Positions 27,201-41,169 of a DNA stretch of 64,000 nucleotides are shown here, in pieces (position 1 is the stretch's first letter; each line of letters opens with the position of its first letter). Position numbers and translations under genes: made by a program. The DNA is taken from NCBI RefSeq assembly GCF_003704095.1, contig NW_020844573.1, positions 186,001 to 250,000 on the forward strand, written 5' to 3'. Below the pieces are notes generated by a model. The model had not been told where the DNA came from, did not search any database, and saw only the letters and a list, made by a program, of their open reading frames with translations. This DNA is from Pocillopora damicornis. Taxonomy: Eukaryota.

Positions 27201-30200
27201 CAAACTGTGAAACTAGTCACAACCCAACGCATTTTTTATGCGTTATTTTATAATCTAGCATACCCGCAGGAAACTATATGGACTGCGAGATGAATCTGCC
27301 AAACAGTTTTAGTTTCACCAGAAAGTACGTTTCTGGAAAATGTTATCACTTAGAAAAACCAAATACGTCGTACACGTTTTACCAACAATCAAAAGATAAT
27401 GAACATTTAAGATAAGATCCGAAATAAAACAATTTTATTCAGAATGGATGAAAGAAAGCGACATACATGCAAATAATATTCCACCATATCAGCGAGTTCG
27501 TAATTACGAGCTCTTTAGCTTTGAATTACAAGTAATGAGTTACATTCAGTCAAGATCGCTTTTTATGGAGCTACGAGCTAGTTGTTTGCCATAGAGACAA
27601 CTATGCATAAGACTATGTTACCTAGGAGTTAGGCTGTGAAAATCGGTGTTTGGGGTTAAAAACGCTCAACAACAAAGCTATATCAGATTAATATACCCTC
27701 AGGGTTTTAGCTTTCTCGAAGAAAGGTGCATATACAACACAAACGAGCTCTTCAAATTGTAGTAACCAATATTTCTAGACCTTTAAGCAGTATTTTGGGA
27801 CGTTTCAAAAACTAGGAAACGTGATGTAAAGCCCAAATGACAGCAAAATGAGTGTATTCTGTCGATATGCAAAACTAAGCAAGGAAAGAGTACCTTGGAG
27901 TTAATTCTATCGGTCCAGAAGGTTCTTCGGGACAGGTGAGGTGCAAGGATGTGGTTTTAGACAGCAATTACTCTCCGATTTTCGAGTAAGAGAATAACCT
28001 CATTTAAAGAGTTTGGAGAATGAATTCCACATAACACAACCATCGACTTATAGACTAGACACGTTGTGACCAGCTCGTTTCTTTTTTTTGAATAAAAAGA
28101 GACAAGTTCTTGTTAAAAACACAGTGGGCAATGAAGGGATTAAGACAACAGGATGGGTTTGTCTAAACTGCCAAGCTTAAACCCGCACTAGCTTTATTTT
28201 TTTGTTTCTTTAAATCTCTCACAAACAGAAATCCTTCCAAGTGAAACGCACGCACCGAGAGCTTCGTTAGGATGGTGGTGCTTCGATTGTCTTCGCTATT
28301 ACCAAAACAGCGTGACCGCGAGGCTGAGTGGTACGGGTAGCGCCAATTAATCTGGGTGGGGTGATGAAAAACAGCGGCGGGAAACGTGTTTATTATTTCC
28401 TTCACGCTGTTGGCAAAATGAAGGAAGATGCTGTCAGCAGGATATCGTTACAGATTGAACGAACCAAAACAAGAATTTTCTTAATTTTCTACTAATGGCA
28501 AGAGGGAGGAGCTACTAAACGGACCCCTCAGAGCTTTGTAATGACTCTTCATTGCAAGTTTTAGTTTACAGTACAAAAAATGCTTTTCTGATCTTGTGAT
28601 AATGAAAAATCTGACACAAATACATTACAAGGAAAACGCTAGATATTAAAAAAAAAAACATAACAACGACGCTATGGAAAGCCTTGGTGGAACAATCTGA
28701 TTTTTCTTCAAGCCTTGATTTCTATCAAAAGAAGAAAATAAACAAAATCCTGTATTAATTATAGTTCATTTCACAGATTCTCGGATTAAAGAGTAACAAG
28801 TTATGGTAACGCTAGAAAAAGCTTCAAATGACAAACAATAATGAACAATGAATGGACATCACAGTGAACATGTACCTGCTTCAGTTTCATTATTTCAACA
28901 CACGCGATCTGTTATTTTTTCTTTCTTTTTTTTTTTTTTTCACGCAATGCTCGATGCACAAACCACATTTAGTTATAAAAATTAAAATTGCCCTATCAGT
29001 AGTTTGAAAGAAAAGGAAGTGTGTTACTGAGGTTTAAATTAACTAAAAAAGCGATCGTCTAGTTGGTTTCCTGTCCAATATTTCGCAGCCACTTTTATTG
29101 CGGGAATCAAGTCGAGTTTTTTCTATTACTTCATTCTGCGTCTACCTTTAAGGCAGATAATAAAAGAAAGCCTCTCTTGGATCACCTGGAGTGCCATGCA
29201 ATAAAAAAGTTAGGCTTTCTGTTGATGTGGATCAATTTCACCGCCGAGCACCTGCTAGAATCATATCTTACCCTAAATTAAATACACGTGAACAAAAGCC
29301 ACGAGAATAAAGCTCTAAAGAACACTTTACCAACATTCGTATAGTTATTGAAAATACCGTTGGGTAGCGTTGCATACATTGCCGTATTTTTAACCTTCTT
29401 TATTATCATCGTACGATAATAGATATTGTTTTCTTTAAGATGTAGGTATTACTTGAATTAAACAAATTTCGTTCTTAACCGAGCACCTGCTCGTGAGGTT
29501 GACATGAGATTCATCGACTACCGGTGCGTTCAGCAAAACCGATTTTCTCTCTAAGATATTCTCAAGGAAACAAGCAATAAATGAAAATATGAGTAAATCT
29601 AAACATCAAAATACGAAGTAAGACGTTTAAAGATGTCTACTTGTTTGTTAAACACCATATTAAAACCTTAAAATGCGTCTTTAAGGATAATATCTTGTCA
29701 TGTTTACATTATATTAAAGTTTACCTTTGGCTCTAAGGGTTTAAATTGAGATGAAAAAAAAAACTATCCTCTGAGTCTATAGAATCAAGTAGTTCGGAAA
29801 AAAATACTTTTATACGTAAGGATGGAAAAACTGGCAGATCTCATTGAGAAAAAAGAAGACAACGAGGAAGTAGATGCAAGTATTACATAGAAACCAAAGT
29901 CGGTTAAGAAGACATCTATTCAAGATAACAAAGAATCAAAATAATGTTCTAAAAGCCGTAGGTGTTTAAGTGAAAGTGATAGGCGGAATATTGACGGAAT
30001 TCATATTTTTCTATCATTCGGGCTTTACATCACTTTTCCTAGTTTGGTAACATCCCAAAATACTGCTAAAAGGTCTAGTGATAACGCTTAATAATATTTT
30101 GAAGACCGAGGCGGTTTTTCGCGCTTTTAATAAGCTTTTCAATTTTCCCAGTTTGTTTTACAAAGAATCGTTGAAAAAATCCGGAGCGGCATACCGCAAA

Positions 30201-31310
30201 TTTGTTTAAGATGAAAACTCATTAAGAACGTACATGCCCTTAAAGCCTATTCTCGTTTATTTTAGAGAACGAAGGAGCTAAATGATTACCTTGGGGGTAA
30301 GGTGATGGTACCAAAATATTAAGTGAAATTTTTACCGTCCCCTTCAATACATCACACTATTTCGCAGTTAGCGTGTCTGTTTGACAAAATATTGCACGTT
30401 AGTGGTTTTCCAAGCGTTTGCATTGCATCAAGATCGCCATGAATATAACTTTTCGAGAGAGAAATAGCTTTCAAATTGTATGAATAAAATTTCAACGCAA
30501 GAAGAATATCAATCTAATTTTGAGTAAACAAGTCCACTGCTGCAATCAAGATGCAACCTAATAGTGCGGTGTTATCTCCTCTAAAATCTGATTTTTCACA
30601 AGTTACTACCGAGCTTTCTTATGAATTCCCGCCCTTTCCAAAGCATTACACTGTTAAGACACTTGCAACACGGTGACTTTAGACCATTGCAAAGTTCAAG
30701 TGAGAGTAATCTCAGTTTAATTTATATAACACCAATGTAGCGTATTAAATCAAAATTACTAAAGGCGAAGGAAAATCCTAATCGGTGTAGTCCCTTGATG
30801 AATGAAATTTAACGAAATTTCACCTATAAGTGATGTTGCTGGGAGAATTTAGCTGCAATTAGGACTGTTTTCCGAGAATCCTGTAGTATTTATTACATCG
30901 AATTATTTCAGAATCAGAAAAAAATTTAACACCAGAGCTTTCGCGCAGTAAAAAAACTGAAAATGAAAAAAAGAAAGTGGAGGGCTCAAAACGAAATATA
31001 ACACAACGAAAGGAAAGAAAAAATATCGCCAACACCTTCCACAGGTGATTTCACCATCGATCTTCACCTTTCAGTTTAACGCTTCAAGTGAGAAAGGGAA
31101 GTATTTTCGTGAACTCAATGAACTTGTTGTCATCGACCACGGTTGTTAAATACAGCAAGGAACTGTAAGAAATGGAAAAAAATATATTGAAAATCCAATT
31201 TTGCGGTCTCTTTTAGTAAAGGTCGATTAGAAAGTTATATAATTTTTTTGTCAAAGTGAAGTGGAAATCAAACGCAGTTTGTTATTGTCTTTGTTATCGG
31301 CGAAAAGTTA

Positions 31311-31493
31311 GGACAAATTCACTTACACTGGCCCAATATCCAAGATTGCCCTTCCTCTTTTAATAAAAGTCGACTCAAAGGTAATATAAATTCTTTGTCA
31401 GCGCGACGTGGATATTAAAACGTACTCTGTCAACGTATAGATCAGTTTAAAGGTATGGACAAATTCACTTACATTGGCCCAAAATTGCCTTTC
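31311..31493. repeat. Short direct repeat pair (26 bp, 1 mismatch)
   Basis: GGACAAATTCACTTACACTGGCCCAA at 31311 and GGACAAATTCACTTACATTGGCCCAA at 31457, each followed shortly by ATTGCC. Confidence 0.9.
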
Positions 31494-31495
31494 AA

Positions 31496-31523
31496 CTCTC
31501 TCTCTCTCTCTCTCTCTTTCTCT
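31496..31523. repeat. (CT)n microsatellite
   Basis: Run of CT dinucleotides directly visible. Confidence 0.95.
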
Positions 31524-34500
31524 TACGAACATTGCTGTCAGCACAACATAAAATGACCACAGAGCTTCCTTCAGCTTCTCGTTCGTACGAGTTTATAAAG
31601 GCGTAGGTTGAGAATATACTGCAGGCACAGCAGGAGTGCTTGATAGGAGCGTTTTCACCATAGCAGACAAGTGGCGCTTCTATTCTCCACAAACAAAAAG
31701 AAACACCAAACTTCTCTCAGATCCTGACGGTAATAAACTTTACGGAATAAACAAAATGAAATAATTTTTGAGCATACAAAAAGGAAAAGTTTTCCGACGC
31801 GCTGTTTATAATAGGAAGGAGTTTTAGTTGAACAAAGCTGATCAAGAGATCATATCCGCCGAAGCTGCGAAGGTCTTCAAGAGAAGATTCAATTTTGATT
31901 TTTGTTTTTACTTTCCATGTCATTCATCCTTTTTCATCACATAAACTCGAATCCCTCGAAGAAAATAGTTATTGAAAATGAGAGACGAAAATGTTGAGCC
32001 TCGCTGTGTGAGTTAAAGATATTCTTATCGAAACACCGCACGGCGATAGACGAGCTGTCTATGCCACCTGCTGGCGAACCCGAAAAGAGAAGCGTAAAAA
32101 CCAACATTTCCAAGACAAAACCACACTATTGAGTCTAACAGTTTACGAAGAAAACAGAAATGTCACATTAAAACCGAGTGTTGTTCGTTCATGAGCCGAA
32201 ATTCAAGTCAAGCCGCGTTGGGATTAACCCGCGCGGAAAGTATGGCCAAGAGAACGTTTCCGGCATGCGACTGTATTGGTTTTGAAAAGAGACGGAAAAT
32301 CATTCTTACAAAGGATTTAACGTGGAAATGAATTCCGATTTTCCGAGAAGCTAAGTATGTGTGCGTTTTCATAATGCTTTGAGTATGCACTGGAAAACGT
32401 TAAAACAGAACCTGTCGGCTAGTTTTACTAATATGGACTTAACAATTCGAAAAAGGAAAGTTTCATGTAGATGTTTTCTAACAAATTTTTCGAAGTAGGC
32501 TACATACAGGTGAAACATGATACAGAGATCCCAAAGAGAGTGTGTCTCTTACACCACCCCCCTACACAAGCCATGAAACTATCTTGTTTGCGATGGAAAC
32601 TAATCCACCCTATTTTTCAAGTACTTAGTTTGCCAAACTTTCCACTGAACTAAAACTTGGAAGTTGTGTCGTTTACTTGTTTAAGGCAAATGTCATAGTC
32701 GCAATTTCGTGGAAATCTTATTCTTGATCACTTTCCGGTAACTTTAGTTTCCCTCTATTGAGGGTTTTATGTATCATACTCACTAACTGATTTCTTCAGA
32801 TTCGCTTTCTCTTTAATAGATATGATAAATAAAAGATTGTTTGATAATTTCTTAGAATTCAACGTCTCCTTTTTGTTGTTACTTTCAGATGCTGATTGAA
32901 GCGCAGCAGACAGCTAACGTTTTGCAAACGATTCCATACGGCAGAACAACGTCTTTTGTTCAAGAGCAAAATCAGCGTAGTTTCATCATGAAGAACAAGT
33001 AAACCCTCACCACAGTACACCATATTAATTAACGAAATACACAGTAGAACTGAACGTCATACCGTCACATTTTAGTGCTATCAGACTGAAAGCTAGGGGT
33101 CCAGTCATAGCTGAAGATCTCTGTTGCATGCTACGTGTCCAGCAGGAACTATCATGAAAAAAAATATTGAGATATTCGTCACCTACGAGCAGCGATAGAA
33201 GTAGTGTTAGCTTTAAAAGAGAGACAGAAGCACAACAAACAGCCTTTTTGATAACAATATGGATAATTCTCACCCCTTACAGACAAAATTGTCTTCTAAA
33301 AGATTGAAAGAAAATTGCAAACTCACGGAAAGATTATAACAATTTTGATACCGTCTATGTAAAATATAACGAGGAATTGGTAGAGGAGTTAATAACATTC
33401 CCTCTATTTGGAACGTAATAAATAGTTCTTGATCACAACTCAAGCCTGTCTCAGGTCCTTTTCGTAGATAATATTTCATAATTACTTTTAATATCTTCGC
33501 TTCCTTTGCATGCAACAATTGACACACAGAGCGATCAATTGAGGCAGCAAGGAAGTGGTTTGCATCGATATCAAGCTTTATGAGGAACAGGCAGTGAGAC
33601 ATTTGCTCGGTTTTCAGATAACTCAGGTTAAATTAACATGTTTCGCATCATCTACTTGATTAATTAACATAAAGAACAACTGCTTAACATTTGTCCACGG
33701 TGAATTTCAAGATACACTTCTAGCAGCACACTGACCTTACTAACTAGGTCTAAGGGAGTTGTACCGTTGTACCGTCTTCTTTATCTGTAAACGTACCTCG
33801 GTGATTCTGATGAAATAAATATCTGGAGTAAATTCAAAATTACCGTTTCACCCTCACGAGCAACAGTTGTCCACCATTGCTTAGGAGCTAACTTTGTGAT
33901 AAAGACTTCAGCCCTTAGGGCGAGTGACAAATTTAAGCGGGCATTCGTTGTTGACTTTTTGGGCACAACGTTAGCTAAAATGTCCATCTAGAATGAAGTT
34001 GATTTTCAATCCATCTCCTCTATAATATCTGTGTCAGCATATGTTTTTCTTTTAAAATAACAGTACCAGCGCCTTTCAGTTTGTCACTGCAGACAAAAGT
34101 TGCTGAACTGTTGCGGTGGCCGCGCTAACAAAGGCTATCAAACCGCAAGAGAAGGCTAAATGCTTGTTTATTGTCTAGAAGTGTAAACGTCAAAAGACAA
34201 GAACAATTACAAGAAAACTTTTATCATCCATTTATTTCAAATATAAAGGTTTAGCATAGGACGGTTTTTTAAGAGGGTGGTCTAAAAGACGTTAATCATT
34301 TGAGAAGTCCACAAGGTGTTTGATTCACATGTCGAGTAAGAAAGAAAGAAAAGTTGAAGTTTCTTAATTTACTTTGAAAGAACTGCCCTGCGTTGTACTC
34401 TGTCTTCTTACGGTAAACAATACTCCACAATGAAATAAAATATTACTCTTGGGTATTTGACATGCACTTTAAGATAAAGTTTTTAACACACGACGGTATC

Positions 34501-37500
34501 GTTAACCTATAAATAAGATAAGCAAACCACTCCATTTTGCTCAAAATGATTGCGAAAAATATTCTTGGACCTCAGCTACACCCAGGATGAAGTTATTCAC
34601 TGACTGAAGAGGCTTGCTATATCTCCATATAGAGTTTGTGTCGCTTGGTCTTCATTAATAAATTTACATCAATTTTTTTTTTTGTGAAGCCTTCAAAAGC
34701 AGACAATGGGAAAAAGTCTTCAAATGGAATAATTCTGCTTTCTAGTTTCATTGAAAAAGATGAGCAGCTCTCGTTTAATAAACTTTCATCTATCAAAGGG
34801 GGTAATGAATACGCAAAGTGTTCATAATAATTGTTTTTGCTGTAAATTTGCTCCAGCATCGATGAAGAATTATTTGTGCTCGATGACAATTACGTCTGTT
34901 TTTTGTCTATAAACTCAAATTTGCGTCAGTTTTAGTTGCTATTAAACTATTCTTAAACGCGATTGTGGCTTGGCAATCAGCCGGTTTCTTGAAAAATGTG
35001 CTCTGTATAGAACCTTAATTACTTAGTGCAGTGTTAAGAAAGTCTTTGTAGATGCAAAATTGGACTGAAAGTTTCCTATTTGACAGCCAATAGCTTGCAC
35101 TTGTTAAGAAGTAGCCTCTGGGCAAATGAACTGTTCAGTGAGTATGACAGATAGAGCGGCGCCTGGCCATTTGAAGCACAGGTGCCTCTGAGTCGCCACA
35201 AAGGAACAACTCATGCAAAACGTTCAAACTACGAGCCAATTTGTCAATTCGTTGTATCCAAATTATCTCCGACTCTATTTTTAACTTTCATTAATGGCAT
35301 CATCACACAATGCTTCGACGTAAACAAGATAGAGGCAAAAGGAAATTTTCGGAAGTAATTTATTACCAGTTTCCGGTGGTTTCATGAAAATTCTAGCTTG
35401 TGGCAGCTTGCGGCTGAGCTATCATTTCTTAATCATTTTACGTTTCCTGCGATCTACTCTTCACATGATAAACAAAACCCGCTTCCATGCGCTTTTCCGA
35501 GGCTTCCCGAAATGGGAATTTTCTCTGAAAGCCAAAAAGTTAATTATACTAGGATGAAAGAAGGTTGGCGTACCAATTATTTTGTTTTGAACACAATAAA
35601 AGCGGCATTCTATCCCGTAACCATAACAAGTTAAAAAAAAAATGAACACACTTGTAAAAATCTTAAGTCTTGTTGAGAGTCCATGAGAGGAATTTGGTAA
35701 TAATGCTACTGAAATTTCCTGGATTTCGATGTTAAGTTTAATTCTAAACATTCTTTCAGCAGCTAAAACCTTGCTAAGAATTCACTCATCTGCCCTAGAA
35801 AACTGATCTCCAAGAAACTCCAGCAGCGAAAAATATCAAAAACAGGATTTCTGACATATTTATCATAAAATCTTTAAAACCCAATGTACAACGAGGTTTG
35901 CATAGCTGGTGGAAAAATTTATCGATCTTCTAAAATTTCGTCAGCCGTGCTTCGAATATCACTCCATGTGAGTTATATTGTAAATAAACCAAGGTAGCAA
36001 AGATTGAATCACAACTATAAAGACACAATTATTCTTATAGAACACGGGACCTCGACTTGATCTTTGCATGAGGCCACAGTTGTCCACAGTTGGACAAAGA
36101 CGTTGACAAAGGGAATCCGTTACAACATGTCGCGTGCCCCACAAATATGCTTGTTAAAAAGAGGCTTAACAGGCAAAATCTTCCCTTCCTAGTCGACCGC
36201 AAAGTTACTAAGGCAGCTTGAATGCACAGTGGAGGCGACTCGTAACGACGTAGAAAAACGACAAAAAGGAGACAAAGTTAATTTTAAGCTTAGTTTAAAC
36301 GAAAAATCTGGCATTATATTTCAAAGTGGGAGCCATTTTAGCACAATCTCAGCACGCCTATGTTCAGTGAGGTTTTATTTATTTTCAAAACGATTCAGAA
36401 ACAGTTGATTAAAAAATATGATAAATCTTTTAAATCTTAAGCTAGCAAGGGTGTTTCTACGGTGTAAAACCTGCCGTTATGATGCAATTCCTCGAAACAA
36501 ATACAGCCTAAATACCTAAATCGTATATAAAGGGTAAACTACCGGAATATAGTTTACTAGTCTTACAAGAATCGCTCGTAAAGCTTTAAGAGATTTCTTT
36601 CAAAAGGAAAGTAAATGTATGTAATAATTTTGCAATAGTGAATCAATATTAACTCGTGACATTTCTCTTATAACAGTGTAAAACAGAGCTTTCACAGGTA
36701 TTCGTTCAATTCCTTTCACAAACTAAACTACAATTTCTTGTTTCATGAGTTCAAATGTAAATTTTTAACAATGCACTTCATCGTACAATAAAAGTTAATT
36801 CACAAAGGTGTGAATAAAAAGAGAGAGCCCTTTGTTTCCTTTCGTGGGAATTCCCAAAACTACAATTAAACAGCAAAATATTTGTCATATCTAGAATAAG
36901 GAGCATGACACAAATCGGAATACATTTCGACGATTTTTTACATTTTCTGATAACACTCAACAGGGAAGGTAGTATGAAAAACAGAGAAAAGCCTATGTTT
37001 GTCTTAATCTCATTTCAGGGAATGATTTTGACGGTCAAAGAAAATTAAATATGGAAGACAAAGTGATTTCACAAGAACTTTTTATAATTGCTATGTTGGG
37101 CCGATTTCTCCAAGGGCGACGTTTGGTAATAAGGTTTTTTAGCTGTAGGCGAGTACTTATATGCAAATATATCGAAATAAGGCGCTCTAGATGGTGTAAA
37201 TAAGCTCAACGTTTAAGGGCAGCTTTCTCAAAAGATTGAAAAAAGACATTAAAATGTCTATGGCGTTATACGGATGTCATGATCTCAGCGTAAATAAAAC
37301 GTAGTTCATGGCTGTCTTCTTTATATTTCCTTTCGTCCTTACATTTTACCTTGCTTAAGGAATATTCAAGTGAAGAATTGTTGTGGTTAATTTTGAGCAT
37401 TTTCTCTTCTCCCTAGATCACCATGCTCCCGTTTTTAATTTCTTGATTCATGGTGTGTATGGTGTGATTAAAACAAACTCCACCACGGTGCAGTTTATTA

Positions 37501-39140
37501 AAAAAGAATTTTAACTTCTGAAGCGCCGGACGATCAGACCGGATACATAGGAAATATGAATATAAAAATAAATTACAAGTTAAAAATTCAACCGATAGCT
37601 CCGGCTTCCTTGAAGTTAATTTCAGTCAGAGACGGTGGCACTCAGACTTTTTCCCCGCAAACGTCACGACACTTTCGAAGTCGCTGGACCAATCGAATTT
37701 TCGAGGCAAGGAGCACAATAATCGGTTTGATTTATTTCATGAAGGTTAGGTAAAATAATTGGGACAGCTGAGTGATATTGGAGATGTAAACACAAGCAGG
37801 TGGATACATCCGTTTACCTGAGAAATAAACTGGATGTAAAACATGCAAAAGATATTAACTGCCTCTATTCAAAAAAGGAAAACCTAAATAGGCCGCAATT
37901 CTCAAGAATATCAGCCAGGAGATAACTAATCTAATAAAACCGGACTTGCGATGAGGGAAATATTTCACACGAATATACGACCGAGCAGCCGTGTTGTTCT
38001 TTTACTCAATATGATTGATATCACCACAGTTAATGATTGAGGGGGGAATGAAATATCTTTTGATGGAGCAAGGTTACCGGTTTGAAGTTTGTTTACTAAG
38101 AAAATGACCTGGTATATTACAACATCACATTATGTCGCAGAAAAATAGCCTCGAGGATTAAAGCTGTCCCTATTTATTTTTATTTTTTTTTGTTCAAAAC
38201 CAATTTCTTTTATGCGGCAGCAGAGCTCAAAAATATATTACATTTCTCATAATGGAACTTTTTGGACCAATTCTGACTGTGGTGCATACTTATTGACTCA
38301 GCTCCTGTCAAATTTTAAATTGCCACTTAAAATTCAATAAGGCGCAGTAATAATTACCTCCTTCATGGCGGGGAATAGGAGAAATTGTCTTTTTTTCGTT
38401 TAAAACTAATCTGCAGCTTGGCTTCGTTCGCTGCTATACTTGAAAACCGCGGAAATTAGTCAGACAGTGAGAGTGAATACATTCAATTAATGAAGCCACG
38501 AAAGGGGTGCGCCCCGCGCGGTGAACCTATTTATACAAACTATTTCATGTCCTTCATGAGTTCTATAAACACTGATGCTTCACCACGGTTCAAACTGGAA
38601 AAAACAATGGCTTACCGTGCATGAATTATGCTTAGCAGTAGTAGTCACTTTAGTACGGCCCTTAATTAAACTCATCTAAATGAAATTCAAGTTTTCACCC
38701 TTTTTTGAGCCTAAGCCCTGTTTAATAGTGGACGATCGGTAGCACTTAACATGTCTATTGACGCATTATTCTCAGAAATAAGTCCTTAAAGATAACATCT
38801 GACATTTTTATAAATGACTTTTTTATAGTGGCTGCAAGCATCCGCCGTTTAAAAGCAAAATATATGTATCGTGAGCTATGGTATATGATTAGCCTTCCCC
38901 CCACGGCCCGCTTGAGAACTCTGTGGACAATTGAATGATGAATTGGCGAGAATCGCATGTCGCTTGCAAAGTAAAGCCAAACTGTGGCGACTCCCGGCGA
39001 TTTTTGTCAATAGTATTGTGTCTCTCGCGGTGTTAATAAATTTATCGCGGCAAACATTGCAGATTGAGGGCAAAAACGCTCAGCGCGTGAATCTTCTAAT
39101 CCACTACAAATCCCGTTATGTAAAGAAACATTTTGAAGTT

Positions 39141-39190
39141 GGGGGCGCCCTTTAAAAATTTCAAGGGGAACTTTCAACAAGAAGCTCAGC
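39141..39190 (+). promoter_or_regulatory. Candidate core promoter of Zic paralog 2
   Basis: GGGGGCGCCC (BREu-like GGGCGCC) is immediately followed by TATA-like TTTAAAAA at 39151, about 610 bp upstream of the ATG. Confidence 0.4.
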
Positions 39191-39765
39191 AATAGCTACG
39201 TTGAGTGACACCGCTTCAAGGTGTTTATTCTTTCCTGCTGGGCTTTTCAAATTGTGTCCCTCCCTATATGTCTATCACGGCAGCCTCACCTGCGAGGTAG
39301 CTGTTACTGAACGACAACATGTATTTGTCATGCTCTACGAAGAAAAGAGAGGGAACAGACGTGAAATTCCCAGGGAAAGCACGCGATACTCCTTCGAGGA
39401 AGTACTGTTATCTTGCGTGTGATCGGACACTTAAAGCTGATGAAATGGTTTGTACCCTGTGTTAGTCAATAAGAAAAGGAATGCCAAATATAGTGTTGTT
39501 TTCAGAAGCTATCAAACAATTAGGAACATAACCACAGCTCCGCGGGAGACGACTAATCATAATATTCACCGGGATCATTTTACTGCTCATGCGTGCTTTC
39601 TTAGCAGGACAATTGTCATCAGAGTCTCACGCTGTGTTTTAACGGTGTAACATATGCTACTACACTCAAAACTTTCGCGTAGCCTCTCTTTAATAATAGT
39701 TTGCCGCGTTATTATTTACACTTACCTAGAGCTGTTCCATATTCAAAACCCGGGGAAACCTTGAA

Positions 39766-41169
39766 ATGGACGGTGGCTTCGCCAAACGCTACTCATTACC
39801 GTTCGAGGGTGCAGCTCTTCGGTCTTCGTCTGCGAACAACTTGCCAACCACCTCGACCGCGGGCTTTAACGAACACAAGAAGGAGCCGCCGTTAGGAATG
39901 AATCACTTGCTGGACTCAGGGAGCCATCTTTCGTCGATCAGATTTGCACACAGAGCACAAGCAGAAGCTGTCGCATTCGATCAAAAACCGCCCGGGATGT
40001 CTTCGCAGCAGACTCTGTATCACTCGTTTCCAGCGTACCGTCATGTTTCTTCTCAAGGATTCCCACCTGAGTTTATCCATCACCAGGACTCACACTTAGG
40101 ATCAGCCAACCTAGCGAGTTCTCACTCGCTTGCTCTTCACGACCCCATCGCTTCCAACACACCCAATTACTCACATAGGCACAACATGTTCAGTTCGCCA
40201 CCAACCGCTGCAATTCACGGAAACAACATAAACTACCATCACGCAGTGACGCATAAAGGCTTAGATGTCACGAGCAATCCACATATACACTACGGAGCAC
40301 TTACATCAGGACACGAGGCAACCTCTCCACACCATGGAATGCCTCCTGTACTCAACAATCAGCTCAGATATCGAGGAGACTTTTACTCTCGAGCCGATCG
40401 ATTTGCACAAGGTGGCCTCGGTAGTCCTTTCTTGGATCATGGTCCACCAGGATATGGAGGGCCGACTGGACCGGGAATGTATCATCTTCCCTTGATGAAA
40501 CAACCCACAAATCAAATTCTAACTTGCCTTTGGATAGACCAGAACCCAGTGCAAGGGAAACGGAAACCTTGCGGCAAGCAGTTCACCATGATGCCTGATT
40601 TAGTATCGCACATCTCAGACGAACATGTAAGCATCAACGACTCCAACTTGCACGTCTGCTACTGGCAAGAGTGCGGGAGAAGCGGACAGCCATTCAAGGC
40701 AAAATACAAGTTGGTAAACCACATTCGAGTCCACACTGGGGAAAAACCCTTCCCATGTCCTTTTCCCGGATGCGGAAAACTGTTCGCTAGGTCAGAGAAC
40801 TTAAAAATTCACAAACGAACTCACACGGGAGAAAAACCATTCGAGTGCGAGTTCCCTGGCTGCGATCGCCGCTTCGCCAACTCAAGCGACAGAAAAAAGC
40901 ATTCGCACGTTCACACTTCAGATAAACCGTACATTTGTAAAATCGAAGGGTGCAACAAAAGCTATACGCACCCCAGCTCACTTCGAAAACACATGAAACT
41001 TCATGAAACTGGTGGACTAAGGCCTTTGTCGCCGCCTATTTCACAAACGAACGGACAGCGGGACAGTATAAGTTCAGACAAGGATAGTCCAATAAAGCCT
41101 GCGGCCAGATCTCCGTCGCCGAGGCCACGATCAAATGCAGAGAACAATTCAGAATGGTACTCTTGCTAA
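39766..41169 (+). CDS. Zic: Zic family zinc-finger transcription factor, paralog 2 (467 aa, uninterrupted ORF)
   Basis: Five C2H2 fingers at 40525-41004 with Zic-diagnostic ZF2-5 sequence. His/Pro/Ser-rich N-terminus includes [24 protein letters not shown] precedes ZF1. Protein ends NNSEWYSC*. Confidence 0.97.
   Translation: MDGGFAKRYSLPFEGAALRSSSANNLPTTSTAGFNEHKKEPPLGMNHLLDSGSHLSSIRFAHRAQAEAVAFDQKPPGMSSQQTLYHSFPAYRHVSSQGFPPEFIHHQDSHLGSANLASSHSLALHDPIASNTPNYSHRHNMFSSPPTAAIHGNNINYHHAVTHKGLDVTSNPHIHYGALTSGHEATSPHHGMPPVLNNQLRYRGDFYSRADRFAQGGLGSPFLDHGPPGYGGPTGPGMYHLPLMKQPTNQILTCLWIDQNPVQGKRKPCGKQFTMMPDLVSHISDEHVSINDSNLHVCYWQECGRSGQPFKAKYKLVNHIRVHTGEKPFPCPFPGCGKLFARSENLKIHKRTHTGEKPFECEFPGCDRRFANSSDRKKHSHVHTSDKPYICKIEGCNKSYTHPSSLRKHMKLHETGGLRPLSPPISQTNGQRDSISSDKDSPIKPAARSPSPRPRSNAENNSEWYSC

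Noticed and set aside
32062-32075. CTCF-like motif TGCCACCTGCTGGC (also CCACCAGGGGG at 44231)
   Set aside because: CTCF is considered bilaterian-restricted and the locus looks cnidarian. Single hits are explainable by chance or as E-box/Zic-type words.
9721-41004. Recent gene conversion between paralogs 1 and 2 in ZF5
   Set aside because: Protein is identical but many synonymous positions differ, and there is no long tract of nucleotide identity.
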